From a virus, in the IMG/VR virus record IMGVR_UViG_3300028197_000982, positions 10,923 through 74,922 of that record: DNA of 64,000 nucleotides, one strand, 5' to 3'. A program made the translations under genes and the position numbers. Every line of letters starts with the position of its first letter. Within the stretch, counting starts at the first letter, position 1. The notes under the pieces were generated by a model. That model saw only the letters and a program-made list of their open reading frames with translations, made no database searches and had not been told where the DNA came from. Below, piece after piece: positions 1 through 9,845 of this stretch.

Positions 1-2292
1 GCTGATCCTGGCTTTAGTTATGTTTCTTTAAACCAAACCATACAGAATACATCAACTATTATGTTAATTAATGATGATGGTGTTACTGGTTCTGATATAT
101 CAAATTTTTTACAGACTATTGCTGCGTCGGCATCGATACCAAAAGGTTATGTTAGAATAACAGCAAAAGCTGATGCTAATGAATTTTTACTTTTTCAAAT
201 TTCAGACTTAACTGATGCAGGTGGATACTGGGATATTGATGTAGTACCACAAGCATCTACTGCATCGGCACCATTTACAATGGATGAAGATGTATTAGTA
301 TCGTTTGTTGTTACAGGTGAAAAAGGTGCACAAGGTGAACAAGGAACTCAAGGAGAACAAGGCATTCAAGGTGAAACTGGAATTCAAGGTATTCAAGGTG
401 AAACTGGAATTCAAGGAGAACAAGGAACACAAGGTGAAACTGGAACTCAAGGTATTCAAGGTATAACCGGTACAGGTACACAAGGTATTCAAGGGGAGCA
501 AGGAACTCAAGGTATCCAAGGTATAACTGGTGCAGGTACTCAAGGTATTCAAGGAGAACAAGGAACTCAAGGTGAAACTGGAACTCAAGGTATTCAAGGT
601 ATAACTGGTATAGGAGCACAAGGAGAACAAGGAGCACAAGGAGAAACAGGTACAGGTACACAAGGTATTCAAGGTATAACCGGTAGTACTGGTTCTGTTA
701 GTGGTACCGTTGCATACGGTTCTATGTTGCTATCAACTGGTGCTGCTGCCTTAACAGTTACTAATTCTTATGTAGGTTTATTATTACCTACTGGTGAATT
801 AAATCAAATGTCATTCATTAATTCAGGTGGAAGCCCACAAGGTAATGTACTAAGTATTAATGCTAATGAAGCTGGTAATTATGAACTTAACTTTAGTCTT
901 AGTGGAACAACATCAACAAATGATGATATTTTTACCGAAGTATTTGTTAATGGTAGTCCGTATAATGGAAGTGGTGTTACCGAGGTACGAACAAGCTTCA
1001 CTGGAACTCTTTTTAATAGCATGTCTACTGTAGACATATTAGATCTTAATGGTGGTGATCAAGTTGAAGTAAGAATTAAGTGTTCAACTGCTAGTATAAA
1101 TTTAACGCCATCTAATATTTCACTTACATTAGTTAAACTTGTAGGTAATGGTGTACAAGGTATTCAAGGTAATACCGGTGTACAAGGTACTACTGGTGCA
1201 GGTACACAAGGTACTCAAGGTATAACCGGTACACAGGGTGAAACTGGAACTCAAGGTGAAACTGGTACAGCTACACAAGGAACAACTGGTACCCAAGGAA
1301 TAACTGGAAGTCAAGGTACTACTGGGACTCAAGGTACTAATGGTACCCAAGGAACAACTGGAAGTCAAGGAATAACTGGAAGTCAAGGAACAACTGGTAC
1401 TCAAGGAACAACTGGTACCCAAGGAATAACTGGAACTCAAGGAGAACAAGGAACTCAAGGAAATCCTGGAACAACAGGAACTCAAGGTTTAAAAGGTATT
1501 CAAGGTATTCAAGGTATTCAAGGTATAACTGGTTCTCAAGGAGTAACTGGAACAGGTACACAAGGATCTACTGGTTCACAAGGAGCAACTGGAACAGGTA
1601 CACAAGGATCTACTGGTTCACAAGGAGCAACTGGAACAGGTACACAAGGATCTACCGGTGCTCAAGGAATAACGGGTGCACAAGGAACCTCTGGTAGTAG
1701 TGGTGGCTCGTTCGAAGTTCCACTTATGGAAACTAGTTATCAAATAGGCCGTAATATTTTGCCTGTAAGTGCAAATTCATATTATGTTGGTGATCTAAAC
1801 GGCTGGGATTCAAAGAGTTGGACTAATCAGTCTACTCATTTTATAGTAGGTACTACCCTAGGAAATGAAGCTATGAATTGCGGCATACCTTTAGTTTATG
1901 ATATAGTTAAAGGCGTTAGTCAAATAAGAGTAAGATTTACTTATTTTGCTGAGTTTAGTGCGGCCGCGCAAACCGTACCGCAAATTATATTAAGACCTTA
2001 TAAGTGGACCTGTGGTGGGTTTAATGGTGGGCAAGATTTGCAAATGGTTTCAGTAGGTGGCGAGCAATCTCTTACCTTAACTAATATCGGTAATAATTTC
2101 TGGTATGGCTGTGGAGACTTCACTTATCCAATTACCGAAGCAAATGGTGGTGGGCTTTTAGCCGCGGCTACTGGAGAGGCAGAGCCTGATAGATTATTTT
2201 TTGGATGGCGAGCTAATTCACTACAAGCAGTTACACACGCTCAGGGTGGTCAGATTAGTATAAAGTCTTGGGTTGAATCTTCAGTAATATAA
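1..2292 (+). CDS. Collagen-like fibre protein, 5'-truncated; two Gly-X-Y tracts separated by a BclA/C1q-like beta domain
   Basis: Frame is open from base 1 (ADPGFSYVSLNQ...). (G-T/I/E-Q)n tracts at ~320-690 and ~1145-1700. Intervening AYGSM...GNYELNFSLSG...LDLNGGDQVEVRI resembles C1q/TNF-like trimer domains. Confidence 0.8.
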   Translation, partial: ADPGFSYVSLNQTIQNTSTIMLINDDGVTGSDISNFLQTIAASASIPKGYVRITAKADANEFLLFQISDLTDAGGYWDIDVVPQASTASAPFTMDEDVLVSFVVTGEKGAQGEQGTQGEQGIQGETGIQGIQGETGIQGEQGTQGETGTQGIQGITGTGTQGIQGEQGTQGIQGITGAGTQGIQGEQGTQGETGTQGIQGITGIGAQGEQGAQGETGTGTQGIQGITGSTGSVSGTVAYGSMLLSTGAAALTVTNSYVGLLLPTGELNQMSFINSGGSPQGNVLSINANEAGNYELNFSLSGTTSTNDDIFTEVFVNGSPYNGSGVTEVRTSFTGTLFNSMSTVDILDLNGGDQVEVRIKCSTASINLTPSNISLTLVKLVGNGVQGIQGNTGVQGTTGAGTQGTQGITGTQGETGTQGETGTATQGTTGTQGITGSQGTTGTQGTNGTQGTTGSQGITGSQGTTGTQGTTGTQGITGTQGEQGTQGNPGTTGTQGLKGIQGIQGIQGITGSQGVTGTGTQGSTGSQGATGTGTQGSTGSQGATGTGTQGSTGAQGITGAQGTSGSSGGSFEVPLMETSYQIGRNILPVSANSYYVGDLNGWDSKSWTNQSTHFIVGTTLGNEAMNCGIPLVYDIVKGVSQIRVRFTYFAEFSAAAQTVPQIILRPYKWTCGGFNGGQDLQMVSVGGEQSLTLTNIGNNFWYGCGDFTYPITEANGGGLLAAATGEAEPDRLFFGWRANSLQAVTHAQGGQISIKSWVESSVI
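1546..1655 (+). repeat. 42-bp tandem repeat (about 2.6 copies) inside the collagen tract
   Basis: actggaacaggtacacaaggatctactggttcacaaggagca starts at 1546, 1588 and 1630 (third copy partial). Confidence 0.9.
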
Positions 2293-2317
2293 ACAATTTA
2301 CTTTTTTTGCATATAAT
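2290..2317 (+). promoter_or_regulatory. Putative bipartite early/middle promoter TAAAC-N17-TATAAT
   Basis: Same architecture as at 11088-11116 and 40271-40300; directly precedes the ATG at 2326. Confidence 0.5.
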
Positions 2318-2325
2318 AATTATAA

Positions 2326-2856
2326 ATGGATAATAGTATGGAAAATACAGAAGAAGTAAAACTTCAGTGGATTAAGGGCGATAAGTTTGGTAATGTAGAA
2401 ATTGTTAATGGTACACAAGATCAATGGACCACGTTTAAGAGTGGTGGTAGAATAGCAACAAATTTAATATCTGAATTCTTAGAACCAGTTGTTGGGAATG
2501 CATTAGATTTAAATCCACCACAAACAATAAAAGATCCTCATAAGCTAGATAATCAAGATTTAGAAGGAACTGACATGAAATGGGTAACTAAAAAAGCTAC
2601 ATCAGAAACCATATCACCTATTAGAACTCTTTTTGATAAACAGAAAAAAAATGATAAAGTAAAACTTAATCTTTCCTTTCCAATTGAAGTTCTTAATAAA
2701 GCTATATATGAAATTATAAGTTCTTCATTTGATGCGGATGAAGTTAACGATGAATTAGAATCTTTTATTAAAGATCAAATATCTGAAGACTTAATTTTAG
2801 ATAGTCTTTTTGATAGCATTAGAGAATTAATTAAAACTAGATATAAAATTGACTAA
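2326..2856 (+). CDS. Hypothetical protein
   Basis: 176-aa ORF with typical codon usage and an upstream promoter-like motif. Confidence 0.75.
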   Translation: MDNSMENTEEVKLQWIKGDKFGNVEIVNGTQDQWTTFKSGGRIATNLISEFLEPVVGNALDLNPPQTIKDPHKLDNQDLEGTDMKWVTKKATSETISPIRTLFDKQKKNDKVKLNLSFPIEVLNKAIYEIISSSFDADEVNDELESFIKDQISEDLILDSLFDSIRELIKTRYKID

Positions 2857-2892
2857 GCAATTTAAGCTATAATATATAATAAAATCAATCAT

Positions 2893-3267
2893 ATGACACA
2901 AGCACCAAATAGAAGACAGAGAAGATTAGCAATGAAGTATCAAGGACTTCTTAAAGCAAAGAGTAAATTACCATTTCATAAGTGGATGGAAATTACTAAA
3001 GAGAATATAGAAAGAGGGAAAGAATTACATGCTGCTAATACTGATGCGGTTGAAAAATCAATAGCCGAAAGATTAGAGAGTATTGAAGAAAGACAAATAA
3101 TAGCTTGGCGAGAAGTAGGATATAATGAAAATGAGATTAAGTTACTGAGAGAGGCTAATGCAATATTAATGGTTAAGGATAAAGAGACTTGGCAGTCTGA
3201 TAAAAAAGACGCTAGAAAAATGATGAGGGATGCAAGAGAATCTTTAAATAAAAGACTTAATGATTAA
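2893..3267 (+). CDS. Hypothetical helical protein with N-terminal Arg-rich motif (PNRRQRR)
   Basis: 124-aa ORF; AATATATA at 2871. Confidence 0.75.
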   Translation: MTQAPNRRQRRLAMKYQGLLKAKSKLPFHKWMEITKENIERGKELHAANTDAVEKSIAERLESIEERQIIAWREVGYNENEIKLLREANAILMVKDKETWQSDKKDARKMMRDARESLNKRLND

Positions 3268-3589
3268 AATTGTTTTAGAGCCTGCAAGAAATGGCGTTAT
3301 CAAAAGAGTGATTGATGATAATCACGGAGGAGGAAAAGAACAATGGACTTCAACAGATGTTTTTGAATCTAATGATAGTAATAGAAACAAATATGAATAC
3401 ATAATGAAATTCTTTTTTGAACTATGTGAAGACTTAGGGTTGGAATGTGGTAACAAATTTGAAAAAGATGTATTAAGAATTAAGACAGAGTGGGGAACTC
3501 ACTATGAGCCTAACAAGAAGGACGTAGAAAGCAAAATAAAAGAACTCCAGGCGGAGATCGATTTATTAACTGAATGGAAACAAGCATAG
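3260..3589 (+). CDS. Hypothetical protein
   Basis: 109-aa ORF overlapping both neighbours, consistent with translational coupling. Confidence 0.75.
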   Translation: MIKIVLEPARNGVIKRVIDDNHGGGKEQWTSTDVFESNDSNRNKYEYIMKFFFELCEDLGLECGNKFEKDVLRIKTEWGTHYEPNKKDVESKIKELQAEIDLLTEWKQA

Positions 3590-3963
3590 AATTTAATTTC
3601 ATATATTCAAAAGATGCCATAAAGGTAAAATCTTATTTAGGTACTGTACCAAGAAATATTGAATGTATCAATTACATGGATATTTTTAATAAGTTAACTA
3701 AGAATGACTTTTATCAATTTGAACCATCTGATGCTGTAGTGTCTTCTTACTTAATGAAACAATTACAAACCGTATTAGATAGGTCTACAACTACATCTAT
3801 ATTTTATGTTCTAGGTAATCTTAATGAGCATACAGTTAAAGGTATTAAAAGATATGTAGAATCTTTAACTACCAAAGAAATTGAATATAACATATATCAT
3901 TCACCAGACATAAATGTAAACGGTAGTGCTAAGCTATTTGAAAATGTCGTGGAATTTGAATGA
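3574..3963 (+). CDS. Hypothetical protein
   Basis: 129-aa ORF; ATGA overlap with the next gene. Confidence 0.75.
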   Translation: METSIEFNFIYSKDAIKVKSYLGTVPRNIECINYMDIFNKLTKNDFYQFEPSDAVVSSYLMKQLQTVLDRSTTTSIFYVLGNLNEHTVKGIKRYVESLTTKEIEYNIYHSPDINVNGSAKLFENVVEFE

Positions 3964-4523
3964 AAGCACACAGAATATTTACTAAAGGCCAAACTGTTTA
4001 TTGCTTGCTATCTTCTTTTAGTAAGCCTAATGTTTTGTTGCCTATAAAAGGTTTAATAGTTGATACTCAATGGGATCCTATTAACCCTCTATATCAAATT
4101 CGTATTATTAAGATGTATGATAATATGAAGTACCTTAAGTCTCATTTTTTTGATATGAATTTTAAATATGAGTTTAATAATAGAGCTAGAAAAATGCCTA
4201 TTAAAAAGGAAGACTTTAAAAATGTAAAATCATTAGAAGATAGATTTGATGAAAGTGATAGAGAACGGTTATATGTAATAGTTGAATCGGTTATGTGTAA
4301 GAAGACGAAAAATGATTTACAAGGGTTGTTTGAAAAAGTTCAGTTTTATATAATATCAAAAAACCTAAAAGAAGTACGGGACATATCATCCAGGCCTTTT
4401 TTTAAAGGTTCTCTTTCAACTGATAGTTCATATGAGTTTGATGCTAGGTTTAAAAAAGGTTGGACTGATAAGTTTAAAAAAGGAGATATTGACATTGATA
4501 AGTATCTCAACAGCTTAAGCTGA
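3960..4523 (+). CDS. Hypothetical protein
   Basis: 187-aa ORF coupled to the upstream gene. Confidence 0.75.
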   Translation: MKAHRIFTKGQTVYCLLSSFSKPNVLLPIKGLIVDTQWDPINPLYQIRIIKMYDNMKYLKSHFFDMNFKYEFNNRARKMPIKKEDFKNVKSLEDRFDESDRERLYVIVESVMCKKTKNDLQGLFEKVQFYIISKNLKEVRDISSRPFFKGSLSTDSSYEFDARFKKGWTDKFKKGDIDIDKYLNSLS

Positions 4524-4549
4524 ATATATACTAAAAATAGACTCTCTAT

Positions 4550-6343
4550 ATGGCATTCAATGATACAATAGGAAAACTTAACGATGCACTATTTCCAACT
4601 AACCCAAGTAAAGAAACTGCTAACCGATTAGGTGTATTTGGTGGGGAATCATTTGGATTTGCTCATGGAGTAGATACTATGTTTGCAAAAAACTTTTATG
4701 TAGATAAAGCTGTCCCAGATGAATTTGGTGTTGCGGTTGGAATGAATGCACCAGTACCTAGATCTATTTTTAATAAGTATGCTCTATTTAATTTTAGAGG
4801 ATTATATGGTGGGCTAACCGGTGGCGAGGTTTTTAATGACTTTCATGATAAACCTAATAATCCAACAATGGGTGGTGATGCATCCAGGAATGTTTCTATT
4901 GCTAAACTTATAGAATACTTTAGTACTAATTATCCTAGAATTGGTTATAGCGCACAAGATTTTTTATATTGTAAATACTATAAACAAATTCCTGTTAATC
5001 ATCTTATTACATTAAGAAGGTTCCCAACACCAGTAAATGATAACATATTTGATTTAACAGCAACACCAGGCTCTAAAGATCCTAAGACACCAACACCAAA
5101 AGAATCCGTTGATGCTACACAAACTGCAGGTGTTACCGCAGTAACTTATATGGGTGAAAAGACAGGTAACAAATTAGATGATTTATTAACAATGTCTTAT
5201 GGGTTAAATTATAAGGAAGTTAAATCTGAAATGGAAGATATTAGTAGTGGTGACGGTGGTTATACATCCCAGCCTTTTTATTCTAAAATGAATGGTGTTG
5301 GTAAAGCTGGATTTGATGCAATGAAAGGTATCAGTTCAAGACAAAAGTTTGCCGCTCAAAATATGTCTACTGGTGATAAGCTAGGTACAACTTATGCTAA
5401 TTTTGTAATAGGACCTGTTAATGTTATTGATTCTACACAGATTAGAGAGCGTGGTATGAAATTTTCAAATGACTTAAAGCTTAATTTTGAATATGAATTA
5501 AAATCTCTCAGTTATGTTAATCCTAAAATTGCAATGATTGACATTATTAGTAATATGTTAACTATGACTTATAATAATGGTCAGTTCTTTGGCGGTGGTC
5601 AAAGATATTATGGTGGAGCTGGAGCGGTTGCTAGCCAATTTGGAGATATTAATAAATTAAAACAAGGAGACTTTAGTGGATATATTGGAAGTGTAGTTAC
5701 TGATGTTGAAACTGGATTTAAGAATGTATTCGGTGGAGGTACTGGTGAATTTAATTTAGAAAATGGAATAGAAGGTTTACTTAAGGTTGGTAAAACTATG
5801 CTAGGTAATATGCTAGGTGGATTTTTAAGTGATAATGTTGGAGCGGTTTCTGGTACACAAGCGTCTAAGGCATTAATTAGTGGTGAACCTACTGGTGACT
5901 GGCATGTAACTGTAGGTAATCCATTAAATCCAATTGTAACAATGGGTAATATGTATTGTGATAATTCAACTATGACTTTAGGACATGGTTTAGGGTATGA
6001 TGATTTTCCTATGGAAGTTAAATTTGAAATAGATCTTAAACACGGTAAGCCTAGAGATAAAGGTGATATAGAAAATATGTTTAATGCAGGTCGTGGTAGA
6101 ATTTATGCATCTGCTCAAGGTGAAGAAGATATTTTAAATTTAGCTGGTAAAGATGTTGCTACTTATGGTTCTGTGAAGGCTGGTAATTTCACAAAAGGTT
6201 TATCATCAACACAAGGCACACCAGCATCAGATGTTAAAAACGAAAAAATAAGTAACGTGAAGAAACAATCAACTGCAAATATATTTACTGATGATGATGC
6301 TGCATATGCATCTAATGCGGTGAGTATGTTTATTGATTCATAA
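4550..6343 (+). CDS. Putative baseplate / tail-tube initiator protein (gp48/gp54-like)
   Basis: 597 aa; lies before the gp53- and gp27-like genes. C-terminal WHVTVGNPLNPIVTMGNMYC...FPMEVKFEIDL is compatible with a tube-type fold. Function is inferred. Confidence 0.45.
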   Translation: MAFNDTIGKLNDALFPTNPSKETANRLGVFGGESFGFAHGVDTMFAKNFYVDKAVPDEFGVAVGMNAPVPRSIFNKYALFNFRGLYGGLTGGEVFNDFHDKPNNPTMGGDASRNVSIAKLIEYFSTNYPRIGYSAQDFLYCKYYKQIPVNHLITLRRFPTPVNDNIFDLTATPGSKDPKTPTPKESVDATQTAGVTAVTYMGEKTGNKLDDLLTMSYGLNYKEVKSEMEDISSGDGGYTSQPFYSKMNGVGKAGFDAMKGISSRQKFAAQNMSTGDKLGTTYANFVIGPVNVIDSTQIRERGMKFSNDLKLNFEYELKSLSYVNPKIAMIDIISNMLTMTYNNGQFFGGGQRYYGGAGAVASQFGDINKLKQGDFSGYIGSVVTDVETGFKNVFGGGTGEFNLENGIEGLLKVGKTMLGNMLGGFLSDNVGAVSGTQASKALISGEPTGDWHVTVGNPLNPIVTMGNMYCDNSTMTLGHGLGYDDFPMEVKFEIDLKHGKPRDKGDIENMFNAGRGRIYASAQGEEDILNLAGKDVATYGSVKAGNFTKGLSSTQGTPASDVKNEKISNVKKQSTANIFTDDDAAYASNAVSMFIDS

Positions 6344-6357
6344 TATAATAATAAGGT

Positions 6358-6900
6358 ATGGATGTAAAATCATTAACATTAAAGAATAAATTAATTATTG
6401 ATAAAACTGGTGAGGGTTATTGGGATCTTAATGCTCCTTCATTTATTTATGATTCGGATTTAGGAGTTAAGGCATTACATTATGTTATGCAAGATCAGGT
6501 TGGGCGTATAGATAAAATATCATTTAAATATTTCGGAAGTGGTGAATTCATAGATGCTATTTGTGTTGTTAATAATATCTTCAATCCATTTAGTGTTAGT
6601 GAAGGCGATATCTTGGTTATACCTAATTTATCTAGAAAAGATCTAGTTTATAAAAGACCTAATCCTGCGACAAGACCTAACGATGTTCAAGAAGCGTATG
6701 TAGATACTGGAAGACAGAGTGAAAAAGATCAATCAAGAATCCAGAGGTTAATACAAAAAGCTAAAACAAAAGAATCTGGTGTAAAACAGCCAATGCCTCC
6801 TAATATGTTACAGCCTGGACAAGAGGCTAAAACCTTTAGTGGTGGTAAAATACAATTAGGAACTAACTTACCAAGTAGAAATACTAAACAATCGAATTAA
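6358..6900 (+). CDS. Baseplate wedge LysM-like protein (T4 gp53-like)
   Basis: GRIDKISFKYFGSGEFIDAICVVNNIFNPFSVSEGDILVIP matches the gp53/gpX LysM-like pattern. Confidence 0.75.
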   Translation: MDVKSLTLKNKLIIDKTGEGYWDLNAPSFIYDSDLGVKALHYVMQDQVGRIDKISFKYFGSGEFIDAICVVNNIFNPFSVSEGDILVIPNLSRKDLVYKRPNPATRPNDVQEAYVDTGRQSEKDQSRIQRLIQKAKTKESGVKQPMPPNMLQPGQEAKTFSGGKIQLGTNLPSRNTKQSN

Positions 6901-6901
6901 T

Positions 6902-8398
6902 ATGTCAGCAGTAGAAAGAAATATACTAACAGTAGTAGAACCTACCATCGAACTTGATGAGTTAGAAATAACTGATGTTGAGAGTGGTACTGAAAATTCT
7001 GATGGTGATACTATGAAAGAAAAACCTAGTAAGTTTTCTACAATGATACCTCTTATTAGAATTAATTCATATGAAGTACAGGGTGATAAATTAGAAACAT
7101 TTGAACTTAAGTGTACTGGTTTTTATCCAACATGTAAGTTTTCTTTTTATGATAGGGATGGAATGTTTACTGCTAGATTTTTTCCAAAAGATGGAGATAT
7201 TATTCAATTGTATATCAGATCACAGGGTGATGAAACTACATTTAAGCCTATAAGAATTGATTTTACTGTGGAAAAAATAACTCCGTTAGGTGGCGGTGGT
7301 GCTACTGATTCAGCATCCCAAATTATGGTTGATGGTAGAATGCATGTACCTAATTTATTTACAGAGAAGGTTCAATTCCAAGATAATACTAGTTGGAATT
7401 CTTTATTATCTATTGCTGAAGAATTAAAATTGGGGTATGCATCTAATGTTGAAGATACTACAGATCAGCAGATATGGACAAACCCTTATGATACTGCTCA
7501 AAAATTTATAGAAGATATAACTTCTAATTCATACTTAAATGATGAATCATTTTTTACTTCTTATATTGATCCTTATTATTATTTAACTTTTGTTGATGCT
7601 AATAAGTTTTTCGGTATGGAAGATGATTTAGAGGTTAGCCAAATGTTTCAACAAAACGCAATGGATACAATGGGGAGTGGTGATGAAGAAGATAGTGAAA
7701 GCACATTTCCTAATATGTTAAGTAATCAATTAGATTTACAGGGTACTGCTAGATACATATCTAAATATCAGCAAGTTAATAATAGTGGAAAGATTAGTAA
7801 GAATAATGGATATAAAAGATATACACAGTATTGGGATTTAAATGCAAAAGAATTTATAAGTGAATTTGTAGATCCTATAACTAGTGATACGCCTGGTATG
7901 ATACCTGTTACTAAAGGTAGAACTATTAATGGAGAAGTAGAAGGCCCAGTCGATCAACAGGTTAAATTTAAATTTTTAGGTACACAAGGTGATAATGTTC
8001 ATGAGAATTATTATTACGCATCTATACAAAATTTTCAAAACCTTTCAGAGATTAATAAATTAGGTATGACGGTTGAATTAGATACAATTAATCCTGCTAT
8101 ATTAAGGTATACCAGAATTTATTGTCATATGATGGAAACTGCACAGATGGTAAAAGGTACTTTAACCGCGCCGGAAAATGATGAGAACGCTCCTAATGAT
8201 TCACAAAGAAGAGCAGATACTCCCGATAATGCAGGCAGTGATGTTGATAATGAATTTGGTGTGATTAATGAATATCTTTCTGGTTTTTATGTTATAACAG
8301 GTATTGAATATTTTTTAACAAGTGGACCTCAGGCAGGTGGAGCTGGTTTAAAGCAGAAATTACATTTGCGTAGAAGAGAAGTAACTCCTTCTACATAA
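6902..8398 (+). CDS. Putative baseplate hub protein (gp27-like)
   Basis: 498 aa between the gp53-like and gp5-like genes. C-terminal YLSGFYVITGIEY...QKLHLRRRE is typical of hub/late-control D proteins. Confidence 0.6.
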   Translation: MSAVERNILTVVEPTIELDELEITDVESGTENSDGDTMKEKPSKFSTMIPLIRINSYEVQGDKLETFELKCTGFYPTCKFSFYDRDGMFTARFFPKDGDIIQLYIRSQGDETTFKPIRIDFTVEKITPLGGGGATDSASQIMVDGRMHVPNLFTEKVQFQDNTSWNSLLSIAEELKLGYASNVEDTTDQQIWTNPYDTAQKFIEDITSNSYLNDESFFTSYIDPYYYLTFVDANKFFGMEDDLEVSQMFQQNAMDTMGSGDEEDSESTFPNMLSNQLDLQGTARYISKYQQVNNSGKISKNNGYKRYTQYWDLNAKEFISEFVDPITSDTPGMIPVTKGRTINGEVEGPVDQQVKFKFLGTQGDNVHENYYYASIQNFQNLSEINKLGMTVELDTINPAILRYTRIYCHMMETAQMVKGTLTAPENDENAPNDSQRRADTPDNAGSDVDNEFGVINEYLSGFYVITGIEYFLTSGPQAGGAGLKQKLHLRRREVTPST

Positions 8399-8426
8399 AG
8401 AATAAATAAAAAAAATAAAATTATAA

Positions 8427-9842
8427 ATGCCAATATCAGAACTCTTTAATGCAGTACCGTCGGATGAAGTAACAGGCTTACTTGGTAATTTACAAAAATC
8501 ATTTCCTAATAGTTATGATATGGCTAAGACGTTTGTGCAGACTTCATCATCGGCTGCAGGTGGTGGTAATGGGGTTACTAGTTTAGATGACCCTACTTAT
8601 TTAGGATTTAACATTTACTTTGATAGAATGAGCCCTTTATTTGAAGGTGCGTTAGAGGGCAGCCCTGCGATTCCTGCTAATGATGATCCTTTTGCGTTGT
8701 CAGGTGGTGGTGCTGGTGAATTAGGTTCACACCCATCTGGTGAATCAGCTGTTGGGTATTTAAATAATTTAGGTGAAGTTACTAGAGCCACTTATCTAAA
8801 GGCATTCTGCCAAGGATTAAAAGAAATAGAATCTAAAAGATCTTATTACTTTCAAACTATAGAAGGTTTACAAGAAGCTTTTAATAAAACTGTTAACATG
8901 ACACCTTTTGGTGGATCTGCAGATGGTGAAGGAATTACTGTTGGTTTATTAGAGGCAATAGATTTAAAAATGTCTGCTTTATTTAATCTTTATAAATCTG
9001 CATGTTATGATGTTAAGTATAGAAGAAATCTTATACCTATAAATTTAATGTATTTTACAGTTCGGGTTGAAGTAGTTGAAGTTAGGAGATTTAAACAAGT
9101 TAGAAATTTTATAAATGCACTTAATCCGCTTTCACCTGAACCAGAACTTAGTAAATTTGTTAATGAAAACTTTTCAAAGATAACTTTCAAATTTGATGAA
9201 TGTACATGGGATGCTGGTGCTAGTGGGCAAGTATTTGCAGATGTTACAAATGTACAAGGCGCTGGTGCTATGGCTACTTCATCCATGAAATGGTCATACG
9301 GAAGAGTTGAAATAGAATCTCAATTTGCTGGTTACGATTCAGCTTTAGTAGATTCAGCACCTAAACAACCAAAAACTTACGGAGACTTAGCAAAAGGTGC
9401 AGGTAAAAAATTATTAGACAAGGCTATACAAGGAGCAGAGAATCTTGTGCAGAGAAAAGCATTAAGTTTTGTTCAAGGTTTAAAATTTGGTAATGTATAT
9501 GGTTTAGGAAATCAAATTTTAAATACTATTAAAAATCCACAAGGCTTATTAAGTACTTTACAAGGTGCATTAGTACAAGAAGAAACTACACCAGGATTTA
9601 CTAATCAGATAGGTACTAATATATATGAAGGTGAAATTGCCCCAGGTGGTAGTACGCAAACATTGGAAGTTAATAGGATTTTACCTGAAGGTGGTGACCG
9701 ACCGCCATTAACACAGACTAATGTATTTACTTCCGCACCATCAGGACCGGCTCCACTAGAACCTAGCAATTTATTTGAAGGTGATATTCCACCAGGCGGT
9801 AGTACACAAAGTATAGAAAGTAGTAACATATTTGAAGATTAA
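8427..9842 (+). CDS. Putative tail/baseplate structural protein
   Basis: 471 aa in the baseplate module, late-type motif at 8401. C-terminal duplicated NxxEGxIxPGGSTQ. Confidence 0.5.
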   Translation: MPISELFNAVPSDEVTGLLGNLQKSFPNSYDMAKTFVQTSSSAAGGGNGVTSLDDPTYLGFNIYFDRMSPLFEGALEGSPAIPANDDPFALSGGGAGELGSHPSGESAVGYLNNLGEVTRATYLKAFCQGLKEIESKRSYYFQTIEGLQEAFNKTVNMTPFGGSADGEGITVGLLEAIDLKMSALFNLYKSACYDVKYRRNLIPINLMYFTVRVEVVEVRRFKQVRNFINALNPLSPEPELSKFVNENFSKITFKFDECTWDAGASGQVFADVTNVQGAGAMATSSMKWSYGRVEIESQFAGYDSALVDSAPKQPKTYGDLAKGAGKKLLDKAIQGAENLVQRKALSFVQGLKFGNVYGLGNQILNTIKNPQGLLSTLQGALVQEETTPGFTNQIGTNIYEGEIAPGGSTQTLEVNRILPEGGDRPPLTQTNVFTSAPSGPAPLEPSNLFEGDIPPGGSTQSIESSNIFED

Positions 9843-9845
9843 TAA

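Noticed and set aside
295-1561. Minus-strand ORFs with YLEYLE / TLNTLSS repeats
   Set aside because: Shadow frames of the collagen-coding repeat on the + strand.
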